A stretch of 42,510 nucleotides of DNA from Candidatus Moraniibacteriota bacterium (GTDB lineage Bacteria; Patescibacteriota; Minisyncoccia; Moranbacterales; UBA1568): NCBI GenBank assembly GCA_023261685.1, contig JAHFOM010000001.1:1-42510 (forward strand), read 5' to 3'. Positions within the stretch are counted from its first letter, which is position 1. Every line of letters starts with the position of its first letter. Made by a program: the position numbers and the translations under genes. Under the pieces are notes generated by a model. It saw nothing but the letters and a program-made list of their open reading frames with translations, ran no database searches and had not been told where the DNA came from. Shown here in pieces: positions 27,934 through 36,965 of this stretch.

Positions 27934-29715
27934 CTATTCGATGAACCCGTCCGTCTGCTGCTGCCAAAAATTATAATAGTGCCCCTGTTTCAAAAGCAGT
28001 TCCTGGTGCGATCCTTGCTCGACGATCTCGCCATCTTCGATCACGACGATGCGGTCCATTTTCTGCACCGTGCTGAGCCGATGCGCCACCACGATCGTCG
28101 TCTTGTTTTTCATCAATTGATCAAGTGCTTCGCGGATAGCCAGCTCGCTTTCCGAGTCAAGAGAGCTCGTCGCCTCATCGAGCACGAGAATCGGCGCGTT
28201 TTTCAAAATAGCTCTCGCGATAGCGACGCGCTGACGCTCGCCGCCGGAGAGCTTCACTCCGCGCTCTCCCACCAGCGTCTCATATCCGAGAGGCGTCCGC
28301 GAGATGAACGTATGCGCCCGCGCCTGTTTTGCCGCCGCCACTATTTCCTCTTGCGATGCTCCGGGATTCCCATAGGCGATGTTTTCTCTGAGCGTCCGAT
28401 GAAACAACGCCGGATCCTGCGGCACATACGCGATGTTCGCCCGCAAATCATCCTGCGTAATATGACGCACGTCCTGACCGTCCAGAGTGATCGCGCCACC
28501 ATCCACATCGATGAAACGCAAGAGCAGCTTGATGATCGTGGTCTTGCCCGCTCCGGAATGACCGACGATACCGATCTTCTCCCCGGGCTTCACTGCGAGC
28601 GAAAAGTTCTCGAACACCGCCTCACCCTTGCCGTACGAAAAATCAATATGCTCGAATGCCACCGCTCCCCGGCTAATACGGCTCGGCTCCGGATTGACGG
28701 GATCAGGAATATCCAGTTCGGTATCGAATATGTCGACCATCTCACTCGCATCGGTCAAAGCCTGTGTCATTTTCGTAAAAGACTTTCCTAATTGGAACAG
28801 GTGACCGAATAATCCCGTCAGATATATTTGCACCAGCACCACGGTACCCGCCGAGACTTCCCCAGAAAGCCACAACCGCACCACAAAATACATCCCAAAT
28901 ACCTCAAGCAAACCAAGGAGGATCGTTTGCACAAGAAATTGGGTATTCTGGAAATTCCATGCCCGCCGGCGCGCATATTCCTCTTTTGCGGTAGTCGCCT
29001 CAAAATACTCCCGTTCCCGGTGTTTCGCCGAAAACGCCTTGATACTAACAATATTCGCCAGCGCATCTGAGAGCGCACCGGTCACCCGGGAATCTTCGGC
29101 GGCGCGTGCGAGGTCAAGTGGCGTCTTCTTTTTGATAAAGTAAAAAATCAGCCCCACATACAGCACACACCAACCGAAAAAAAAGATTCCGAGCAGAGGC
29201 ATCGTCGCAAGGAGTACGACGAAAATACCGCCGAGGCGTAGAAAACCGAACCACAGAGTAAAGACGCTTTCGTCCTGCAGTATCTCAAAAGCCCGCGCAA
29301 AACGTTTGGCTTTCGCAACCAGCGATCCAGAAAAATTTTCCGTGAAAAACGTGTACGAGTGATCCTGCAAACGAGCAAAGGCGACATCGGTCACATTCTT
29401 CAAAATATGGCTCTGGGAATACGAGAGGAGGAAATCGCCGGTCCGATACAGGATATTGTAAAGAAAGATGAACATCCCGAGAACAATCACCCAATAGAAA
29501 GCCTGTTCACTCGCCAAAGGCGCATCCGCTCCCCGCTCGATGACATCAATCAATCCTTTGTAGGCAAACGGCGCGATAATATCAGAAAGAATCACCGCGC
29601 TTCCGTACACGAAAAAATACATACCGATAGCGAATCGGTACTTCTTGATATGCGGCCAGTAATAATGGAATATCCGCCGAACGCCCAAAGACGCCGACGA
29701 AGCTTTCTCTTCCAT
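27934..29715 (-). CDS. ABC exporter, fused TMD-NBD
   Basis: N-terminal TMs, 'GHSGAGKT', 'LSGGERQR', 'LDEATS'. Confidence 0.95.
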   Translation of the reverse strand: MEEKASSASLGVRRIFHYYWPHIKKYRFAIGMYFFVYGSAVILSDIIAPFAYKGLIDVIERGADAPLASEQAFYWVIVLGMFIFLYNILYRTGDFLLSYSQSHILKNVTDVAFARLQDHSYTFFTENFSGSLVAKAKRFARAFEILQDESVFTLWFGFLRLGGIFVVLLATMPLLGIFFFGWCVLYVGLIFYFIKKKTPLDLARAAEDSRVTGALSDALANIVSIKAFSAKHREREYFEATTAKEEYARRRAWNFQNTQFLVQTILLGLLEVFGMYFVVRLWLSGEVSAGTVVLVQIYLTGLFGHLFQLGKSFTKMTQALTDASEMVDIFDTELDIPDPVNPEPSRISRGAVAFEHIDFSYGKGEAVFENFSLAVKPGEKIGIVGHSGAGKTTIIKLLLRFIDVDGGAITLDGQDVRHITQDDLRANIAYVPQDPALFHRTLRENIAYGNPGASQEEIVAAAKQARAHTFISRTPLGYETLVGERGVKLSGGERQRVAIARAILKNAPILVLDEATSSLDSESELAIREALDQLMKNKTTIVVAHRLSTVQKMDRIVVIEDGEIVEQGSHQELLLKQGHYYNFWQQQTDGFIE

Positions 29716-29761
29716 AGAATCTTTTACACGAAAAAAACCGGCCCAGGGAGGAGGAACGGAC

Positions 29762-30571
29762 TTATTGCTGTCCCTTGAAAAAATCGTTGACGGCGTAAGT
29801 GAGCTCGCTCGGGGTGATCTGCGTCTTAAGAAAGGATTTATTGACTAAGCCTGATTCTGAGAGCATCCGAATGGTTTCATCTTCAAGAGAAGCGGACATT
29901 ACAAAAATCGGAACGGCTTTCTTGGCTTCGACTTCTTTCAACCGTTTCACGATCTCTCGTCCATCCATCCCCGGCATCATCACGTCCGTTATAATCATAT
30001 CGTAATTACCATTCAGCGCTTCATGTAGACCGGATACGCCCTCCGGTTTCGTCACTACCTCGTAGCCTTCATCCCGCAGACGCTTGCCGAACATCTCGAC
30101 AAAGACGGCTTCATCTTCGATAAACAAAATGCGCTTACCGAGCTTCGGGTGTTCGGCGGGGTCCTGTTCCTGACGGGAAAAATTCTTCTTCTGCTCGCTA
30201 AATTGGTTCAAAAAACGGTTGACTTCAGCCACTACTTCCGAGGGCGAGAATTCCGTCTTGGAAATGAAACCGTCCGCGCCGAGCTTGAGACACTCCTCAC
30301 GGTCTTCCGAACTGCTCAAATTGCTGAATATCACTACCTTCAGATCCTCTGGATATGCGGGATCCGTCCGCAATGCCCTGAGCACCTCCGTTCCGCTGAG
30401 TTCGGGAATCACCAGATCAAGTAGTATCAGGTCAAACTTCTGCTCCAGTACCTCTTTGAGGACTGCCCGACCGGAAGCCACATTGAGCACCTCAAAACCG
30501 GAACTCTCAAATTTCTTCTTATAAATCTCCGCGATAAACTGGTCATCTTCGACGAAAAGAATCTTGGACAT
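29762..30571 (-). CDS. Tandem double receiver-domain response regulator
   Basis: Two REC domains ('ILFVEDD..LLDLVIP', 'ILFIEDE..ITDVMMP'); no output domain. Confidence 0.9.
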   Translation of the reverse strand: MSKILFVEDDQFIAEIYKKKFESSGFEVLNVASGRAVLKEVLEQKFDLILLDLVIPELSGTEVLRALRTDPAYPEDLKVVIFSNLSSSEDREECLKLGADGFISKTEFSPSEVVAEVNRFLNQFSEQKKNFSRQEQDPAEHPKLGKRILFIEDEAVFVEMFGKRLRDEGYEVVTKPEGVSGLHEALNGNYDMIITDVMMPGMDGREIVKRLKEVEAKKAVPIFVMSASLEDETIRMLSESGLVNKSFLKTQITPSELTYAVNDFFKGQQ

Positions 30572-30668
30572 CGGATTATATCAAAATAATTTATGATTCC
30601 TCATGTAGCCTGCCTCTATCTAAAGAATACCAAAAAATCAATCCTCTCCAAAACAATATGTACAAGGA

Positions 30669-31061
30669 CTACATAACTTCCCGAACATAGTCCACTGCCT
30701 TCTGAGGCGTCGTGAGAGATTTGATGAGGTAGAACCGTGTTTCAAACCCACCTATCTTCCTGATAATCTTGTCATCATCGACGTTCGTCAACATAATAAC
30801 AGGAGTTTTCGCCAATTGCTTATCGGGATCTGATTGTAATTCCTCCAATACTTCGATACCATTTTTTACCGGCATCTGAATATCCAGCAATATGACATCT
30901 GGTCTGGTTTCACGTATAACTCTCATTCCCACTTCGCCGTTCTCCGCCGAAGAGACACTAAATCCGTCCTGAGTAAATTTCATCACATAGATGTCACGGA
31001 TATCCTGATCATCCTCGATGATACAGACTTTCTTCTTTTCCCACACGTCTTGTTCGGTCAT
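30669..31061 (-). CDS. Single-domain response regulator
   Basis: 'IIEDD', 'LLDIQMP', 'MLTN', conserved K. Confidence 0.92.
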   Translation of the reverse strand: MTEQDVWEKKKVCIIEDDQDIRDIYVMKFTQDGFSVSSAENGEVGMRVIRETRPDVILLDIQMPVKNGIEVLEELQSDPDKQLAKTPVIMLTNVDDDKIIRKIGGFETRFYLIKSLTTPQKAVDYVREVM

Positions 31062-31196
31062 ACTACTCTCTTTTTATGCCTGATAGAGATACTTTCACGA
31101 AATAATCCCATTCAAACTACTAAAAACTACAATAGTCTACTTGCTTCTACACACTCAATATAGCACATATTGACAGTTTTTCAAGAAACAGAAGCC

Positions 31197-31310
31197 TCAC
31201 TTCCCTATCCCCGAAAAAGAAGACTGATCGGAGGTACCGGCTTGGATTTTCAGATTGACGAGGAGGAGCTCGATGATGAAGCAAGAGCCTTTGCCCTGAC
31301 CGTCGGACTT
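31197..31310 (-). pseudogene. Orphan copy of histidine kinase 3' end
   Basis: Translates KSDGQGKGSCFIIELLLVNLKIQAGTSDQSSFSGIGK*, matching the end of 33340-35049. Confidence 0.9.
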
Positions 31311-31362
31311 TATTTAACAGCCCTTGCAAATCCCCGAGCGTAAGCTCGTGGGAGATTCATGC

Positions 31363-31716
31363 TCAGCTTGATGCATCTTCGGCTTTTTTTAGCGGATACC
31401 GCGTAAGTGATTGTTTGAGCACATTGGTATCCTCAGTCGCGGTTTTCCATACCGCCATGAGATCTATACCAAAGTAATCATGGATGAGCTTGTCACGCAT
31501 ACCGCAAATATCTTTCCATGGAACCTCCGGCGTCGCATCACAACATTCCGCTGAAAGTCGTTTTGCGGCTTCTCCGATAATTTCAAGTTTTCGCATCACA
31601 CCGTCCTGAAGAAGCGTATTTTCCGAAAACTGCTCAAAACCAAGCCCTGTGACATAACGCGCGATATCGTCAACTGCCCCTATGATGTGGCCGATATACA
31701 AATTATCCTTTTTCAT
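31363..31716 (-). CDS. hepT: HEPN (HepT/DUF86) ribonuclease toxin
   Basis: 'LEIIGEA', RX4HXY 'RDKLIHDY'; start reset to MKKDNL. Confidence 0.9.
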   Translation of the reverse strand: MKKDNLYIGHIIGAVDDIARYVTGLGFEQFSENTLLQDGVMRKLEIIGEAAKRLSAECCDATPEVPWKDICGMRDKLIHDYFGIDLMAVWKTATEDTNVLKQSLTRYPLKKAEDASS

Positions 31717-31993
31717 AAATCGTTTGGATATCGCGTAGCACTTCGTCTCGGATAAGCGGATGCAAAGAATCCTCCGTGACAAGATCAACGTCACGACCAA
31801 CTTTCTCTGAGAGTTCCCGCTCAAGGTGAATCAATTCGAGCAGGCTCATCGGTCTGTCCAATCGCACAAGGATATCAATATCACTCGTCGCCCCCGCTTC
31901 TCCTCGGGCGACTGAACCAAAAACACCAGCGTAGGACACCCCGCCAGCCACGAACAACGGCTTCAAAAATTGCAGTTCAAGGGTCTGTTTCAT
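31703..31993 (-). CDS. mntA: Minimal nucleotidyltransferase antitoxin (MNT)
   Basis: 'FGSVARGE..SDIDILV', 'VDLVT'; promoter TTGATT-17-TACAAT at 32000-32028 implies a near-leaderless mRNA. Confidence 0.9.
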   Translation of the reverse strand: MKQTLELQFLKPLFVAGGVSYAGVFGSVARGEAGATSDIDILVRLDRPMSLLELIHLERELSEKVGRDVDLVTEDSLHPLIRDEVLRDIQTIYEKG

Positions 31994-32039
31994 ACGCTGA
32001 TTGTAGCAAGTCTCTTGTGGAAAATCAAGGCTTTCTTCT

Positions 32040-32144
32040 CTACTTCCCCAACCCCGCGAAAGAAGCCTGATCGGAGGTGCCGACTGCTATTTTCGGATTG
32101 ACGAGGGGGAGCTCGATGATGAAGCGGGCGCCTTTGCATGGACC
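32040..32144 (-). pseudogene. Orphan copy of histidine kinase 3' end
   Basis: Translates GPCKGARFIIELPLVNPKIAVGTSDQASFAGLGK*. Confidence 0.9.
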
Positions 32145-32190
32145 AGCACCTTCTCCGTGGCATCCTCTTTCAAAATTTTTACCACAATAT

Positions 32191-33279
32191 TCAACTCCGC
32201 TCCAAAAACTCGATCAATATCTCATACATCTCGTAAAGAGAGTTTGTATCTACCCATTCCCCACTCTGATGCGCTCCACCTCCTTTCGGTCTATAGAGAG
32301 ATGCAGGAACGCCGGACTCGGTAAAAAAGATTGCATCGCTCGTTCCGTTCTCATATACGAACGAAATATCCTTTTTCGTACGCTCACGAAGAATGCGTAC
32401 CAGAGTCTGTACATAGTGGTCATCTTCTACCGAAGAAAACATACCATTTTCAGCAATCATCTCAACCGCTCCTCTGGATCCAATTATCTTTTTTACGAGC
32501 GTAACAATTGCTTTCAGATCTTTACTCTGTATATACCGGATGTCGAAATACCCCAGCGCACATTCCGGTATTTGATTCAAACTGTTCTCACTCTCTATCC
32601 GCGTCAGTACCACGCTTGTCCGCCATGATTCTTTGGCGTTTGGCTCAGGAAATTTTTTCGCAATAATTTCCTGCAGACGCACCATTTTCAACAGGGGGTT
32701 GTCACCTTGCCACGGTTCTGAGGCGTGTGCGCTTTTCCCTGGTACTATCACCTTGATCTGAGCAAGCCCTTTCTGTTTTAAGACAATCCCCGTTTCATGA
32801 CCACCATCGGCTATAAATGCAAAGCATCCGCGATACCTTTCTTTTTCCAAAAGCATTCGCGTTCCGTATCCGGTCGTCTCTTCATCAGACGTTAGCATAA
32901 TCGCAATTTCTTTGTCTCCCCCTTTTTTCCGGTATTCGACGGTAGCATAGAGATATGCAACGATACCAGCCTTCATATCATATGCACCACGACCGTACAA
33001 CTTTGTGCCTTTCAATATCGGTTTGAAAAGTAATTTCTCCCCCGGTACGACATCAATATGTCCTGAAAAAATTATATCCACTGTCTTTTTTGCAGTCGTT
33101 GACAGAACAAGGGCAGGGTGCCCACGAAAAACATACCTCTTTATATAAAAGTCTTCCTTGAAAAGGTTTCCCAAGATAGCGAGACACACTTCCTGTTCCT
33201 TAATATTCGGTTCAGTCGATTCAATCGCCATCAGACGTTTCGAAAGACTGATAATCTGTTTTTTCAATTCTTGTGTCAT
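32191..33279 (-). CDS. M20 family metallopeptidase/deacylase (DapE/ArgE-like)
   Basis: 'GHIDVVP', 'GRGAYDMK', 'SDEE', 'GKSAHAS', 'AHQSGE'. Confidence 0.92.
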   Translation of the reverse strand: MTQELKKQIISLSKRLMAIESTEPNIKEQEVCLAILGNLFKEDFYIKRYVFRGHPALVLSTTAKKTVDIIFSGHIDVVPGEKLLFKPILKGTKLYGRGAYDMKAGIVAYLYATVEYRKKGGDKEIAIMLTSDEETTGYGTRMLLEKERYRGCFAFIADGGHETGIVLKQKGLAQIKVIVPGKSAHASEPWQGDNPLLKMVRLQEIIAKKFPEPNAKESWRTSVVLTRIESENSLNQIPECALGYFDIRYIQSKDLKAIVTLVKKIIGSRGAVEMIAENGMFSSVEDDHYVQTLVRILRERTKKDISFVYENGTSDAIFFTESGVPASLYRPKGGGAHQSGEWVDTNSLYEMYEILIEFLERS

Positions 33280-33339
33280 AGTCTGTGATTTACACTAAAA
33301 ATTTTTGGTTGAGAAAAGTATTTTTATAAAGCCCTGATG

Positions 33340-35049
33340 CTACTTCTTCCCCACCCCAGAGAAAGAAGCCTGATCAGAGGTGCCAGCCTTGATTTTCGGA
33401 TTGATGAGGGGGAGCTCGATAATGAATCTTGCGCCTTTGCCCGGACCGTCTGATTCCACGTGGATATGACCGCCGTGCGCTTCGACGAAGTTCTTGCCGA
33501 CGAAGAGTCCGAGTCCCGTACCGGAGACCACCATCTTGGTCGTTTCATTGCTCCGGCTGAATTTCTCAAACAATTTATTCTTGTCTTCGGGGTGAATGCC
33601 GATACCAGTGTCTGAGACGATGATGCGCGCTACCCGGTCATCCCCCTCCACTGATACTGTGACTCCCCCCTCCTTGGTATACTTCAGAGCATTGTCGATC
33701 AGATTGGACACGACTTCTTTGATCTTGCCCGCATCCAGCGTGAGCTTGGGCAGTCCGACTTTCGGCAGATGGATCTTGAGCGAGAGCTTCTTGTTCTTCG
33801 CCGCCAGAGCGAACATATCCACGAGCTCCGCCACCAGTGGCTCCAGCTGTGTCGGTGCAAAAGCATACTGGATGCGTCCCGCTTCAATGCGCGAGATATT
33901 GAGGAGATCTTCTACCAATTGCACGAGCCGGCTGTTGATGGTATAGAGTTTGTCGAGTACGTCTTGGATCGCCACGGGGACTTTGCCATAGGAGCCTTCG
34001 AGGATGAGCGAGACATAGCCCTTGATAGCGGTCAGCGGCGTGCGCAACTGGTGCGAAGCGATGGAGATGAATTCCGATTTTGCCATATCGAGCTCGCGCA
34101 AGCGGTCATTGGCGACTGCCAGACTGTTCGAAAGTTTCTGGAGTTCTTCCTTGCGCTCTACTTCCGCTTTAACCGACCGGATGAGAATCCAACCAGCCAC
34201 CAGCGTAATGATGAGCGTAATACTGACCAAGATATAGTTCATCATACTAGTCACCACTGTCAGCATCGCGGCAATGAGGAGAAACTGCGTCACCACCAGC
34301 GCCTGCGCCCCGATGAGCTTGATATCAAAGGCTTTGAATTTGACGATGAGGTAGGCGAGGAAACCAATAAATACTGGCATTCCAAAAAGTCCATATTGTT
34401 CCCATTCAAAATTATCAAACAGACTCGCCCAATAACTACTTATAGAAAAGGAGAGGAGGAAGAAACCAATTCCTATTGTAAACAACAAAATTTTTCGCTT
34501 TTCTTCACGCTTAATCGCTTTTCTGTAGCGAAAGAATGAAACTCCTAAAATCCAAAATAATAATAAAAAGCCCACGATATAGTAGTAATCCGTGTAGAGT
34601 TTTGCTTCTGTTGATTCACAATTTGGAACATCAAATCCACTTAAATGAAAGTTGGTCATCGATAAAATAATCACTGGGAGCAATAGCATCCCAAAAATCA
34701 ACTTTTTATTAAGAGAAATATCACATCCATTTAGAAAAGAATAAAAGAGATAGACGGCTGATACATATATCAACATATAAATAACCCCCAAATATGCCCA
34801 TGTAAACATTATTTTGCTCCCATCCGTAGTCGTCCAAATAATCAAATCAAAATACGACCATAGTGAAAAAAATATAGAGAGCATCAAAAGTAAGCGGGCT
34901 GAGATATTTTTTCTATTTTTGACAAAAACAAACAAAGCTAACAATAAGGATACTGCCGCTGTCGGTATGTGAGAATAATACAATAACAATGGGTTTGATT
35001 GAATAAACTGATAGCAACTTTCGATATTGGTGACTAAGTTGAAATTCAT
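33340..35049 (-). CDS. Membrane sensor histidine kinase (HisKA_7TM-like N-terminus)
   Basis: Multi-TM N-terminus; 'SHQLRTPL', 'NLIDNALKYT', 'DTGIG', 'GTGLGL'. Confidence 0.95.
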   Translation of the reverse strand: MNFNLVTNIESCYQFIQSNPLLLYYSHIPTAAVSLLLALFVFVKNRKNISARLLLMLSIFFSLWSYFDLIIWTTTDGSKIMFTWAYLGVIYMLIYVSAVYLFYSFLNGCDISLNKKLIFGMLLLPVIILSMTNFHLSGFDVPNCESTEAKLYTDYYYIVGFLLLFWILGVSFFRYRKAIKREEKRKILLFTIGIGFFLLSFSISSYWASLFDNFEWEQYGLFGMPVFIGFLAYLIVKFKAFDIKLIGAQALVVTQFLLIAAMLTVVTSMMNYILVSITLIITLVAGWILIRSVKAEVERKEELQKLSNSLAVANDRLRELDMAKSEFISIASHQLRTPLTAIKGYVSLILEGSYGKVPVAIQDVLDKLYTINSRLVQLVEDLLNISRIEAGRIQYAFAPTQLEPLVAELVDMFALAAKNKKLSLKIHLPKVGLPKLTLDAGKIKEVVSNLIDNALKYTKEGGVTVSVEGDDRVARIIVSDTGIGIHPEDKNKLFEKFSRSNETTKMVVSGTGLGLFVGKNFVEAHGGHIHVESDGPGKGARFIIELPLINPKIKAGTSDQASFSGVGKK

Positions 35050-35096
35050 ACTTGTTGATTCAAAAAATTTTGTATTTATATAAAATAATTTTTCTA

Positions 35097-35972
35097 CTAT
35101 ATTTTATCTAGTAAAGCATAAATTTTTAGCCGCTTAAAATCTATGCTGGACTCTTTGAAATTTAAGTTTTTAAATAAAGAAGATTTATAATGATAAACTA
35201 CTAAATCATTCTCACTTTTTTTTGGAACCAACGAAACTACAAGTGGCTTTACCCCAAATAATCCATATACTTTCTTAAAAGCAGGGGTGATAACTTCCTG
35301 CACAAAGCTTCCCTCATTCTTATCAGACAAATAATTTTCAAATAAAATACCATAGCAAATCAATAAAGCAAAATAATACTCATAGTATCTCTTGGCAACA
35401 CCACCATGCTTACTATACCATTCTGACATATCAAATACTGCCCCATCTAAATTCACACCGTTTCCTCGTAGCAATTCATGATGAAAATCAACAAGATTCA
35501 TCTCCGATAAAGTTAGAACATCACAAATTTTCTTACTTTCTGCCTGATTAAAATCAACTATCTTCTCAACAAATAACTTATCTCCAGCGTGCTTCCCTAC
35601 TCCATCTCGAAATACCAGTTTCCCTAAATAGTATTTACTAAGATTTCGAAAAGTAAACTTGTCCTGCAAGTATTCTAGAAAAACGTATTTCAGTCCTGAC
35701 GCCTCTGCCATATCCAAAAACCATGAAGTTTCATTGTTTGGAGAAGCAACATGTCTTGCGAGTATCGCTCGTGGCTCAGATAGGAAAACCTCCGGTATAT
35801 CCCCTCCCAAAAAATCCTCCACCTTCTTCCGCAACTCCTTGTCATTCCACCGCCTCCAAATCTCTTCCTTGGCTACCGAGAGCGGGGTATAGATGCCCAG
35901 ATCCACCGCTGTCTGCACCGTTTCTGTTGTCTTCGCTATCTCTGTTTCCTGCGTTTGCTTCTTGTCAGTCAT
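35097..35972 (-). CDS. Uncharacterised cytoplasmic protein, probably co-transcribed with the kinase
   Basis: 291-aa soluble ORF, 47-bp gap to kinase start; no family recognised. Confidence 0.8.
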   Translation of the reverse strand: MTDKKQTQETEIAKTTETVQTAVDLGIYTPLSVAKEEIWRRWNDKELRKKVEDFLGGDIPEVFLSEPRAILARHVASPNNETSWFLDMAEASGLKYVFLEYLQDKFTFRNLSKYYLGKLVFRDGVGKHAGDKLFVEKIVDFNQAESKKICDVLTLSEMNLVDFHHELLRGNGVNLDGAVFDMSEWYSKHGGVAKRYYEYYFALLICYGILFENYLSDKNEGSFVQEVITPAFKKVYGLFGVKPLVVSLVPKKSENDLVVYHYKSSLFKNLNFKESSIDFKRLKIYALLDKI

Positions 35973-36081
35973 ACCCTTTCGGAATTACTCATTAACTCCC
36001 ATACTCATCAGCATACTCAGCCACCGTGCCACAAAAAACAAAACAACATACCTAAAAACAAGCATCCTTATCACTGCTTTG

Positions 36082-36109
36082 ATTATACAATAAACCCCTC
36101 TTTTTGCAA
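36082..36109 (-). promoter_or_regulatory. Promoter for unknown protein + kinase operon
   Basis: TTGCAA-16bp-TATAAT. Confidence 0.55.
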
Positions 36110-36200
36110 GGGGGGAAAGGCAGGAGCAAACCTATTCAGAGAGGCACTCAAGCCCTGACACTCCCATACAACCCGCCCTCCTTGATATATTTCAAAACAT

Positions 36201-36965
36201 CTACAATAATTCCTTCTCTATCACCTCAAATAACGGCCTCATATATTCATCCAGTTTGATACCATGTTGATCAAAAAATTGAGCAAAGTCCGTCCTCTTC
36301 TTATCAAGCATGACAATCTCGCCAAATTCCGGCTGCTCGTCATTTTTCTGTAATTGCAAAACAAAATCTTCGTACCTCTGCATAAACTGCAGACTCATTT
36401 CATTAAGAATGACTCTGTACACGACCGTCATTTTGTCCGTCGGTCCGCCTTCTTTGAAATACGCCAGATCAAACGACTTGATTCTTGATTGATCCCCGAT
36501 GTCGATCCCGAGCTCTTCTGCCAGTTCTTTTTTGATATTATGCTCAAAGTCAAAAACATCACCCCGCAAATCATCACTATCGATCCCACCTCCACAGAGC
36601 TGGTAGATGCCAGCACGAGACGTCTGCTCCCCCATTTTTCCAAACACTATTTTCCCATCTTCTGTCTCCACGAGTGCCGCCGTATGGATAATGTGCACGC
36701 CGTATTCATCAAGCGTATCCACATTCTGACAGTAGAGATAGTGGGCATAATCCGTTTTTTCTACCACTATTTCCATACGATCTTCGAACGTTTCTTTTTT
36801 TGTGACCGTAAAAACATCGCCGCGTTTGTAAGATTTGCCACTTTGAAGCAGCGTGTCCCAATAGGCATCAATCTTTCCCTGTATATCCGGAGGAAGCATC
36901 ACCTCCTGATTACTGAAACGCACGATGAGTTTTTTTGTCAGTGGGGAAACTACAAAGTCTTTCAT
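36201..36965 (-). CDS. Nudix-like hydrolase
   Basis: Variant Nudix box 'GGGID...KKELAEELGI'. Confidence 0.75.
   Translation of the reverse strand: MKDFVVSPLTKKLIVRFSNQEVMLPPDIQGKIDAYWDTLLQSGKSYKRGDVFTVTKKETFEDRMEIVVEKTDYAHYLYCQNVDTLDEYGVHIIHTAALVETEDGKIVFGKMGEQTSRAGIYQLCGGGIDSDDLRGDVFDFEHNIKKELAEELGIDIGDQSRIKSFDLAYFKEGGPTDKMTVVYRVILNEMSLQFMQRYEDFVLQLQKNDEQPEFGEIVMLDKKRTDFAQFFDQHGIKLDEYMRPLFEVIEKELL

Noticed and set aside
31197..33456. DGR template/variable repeats
   Set aside because: Mismatches among the three kinase-end copies are not confined to adenines, many are synonymous, and there is no reverse transcriptase in the window
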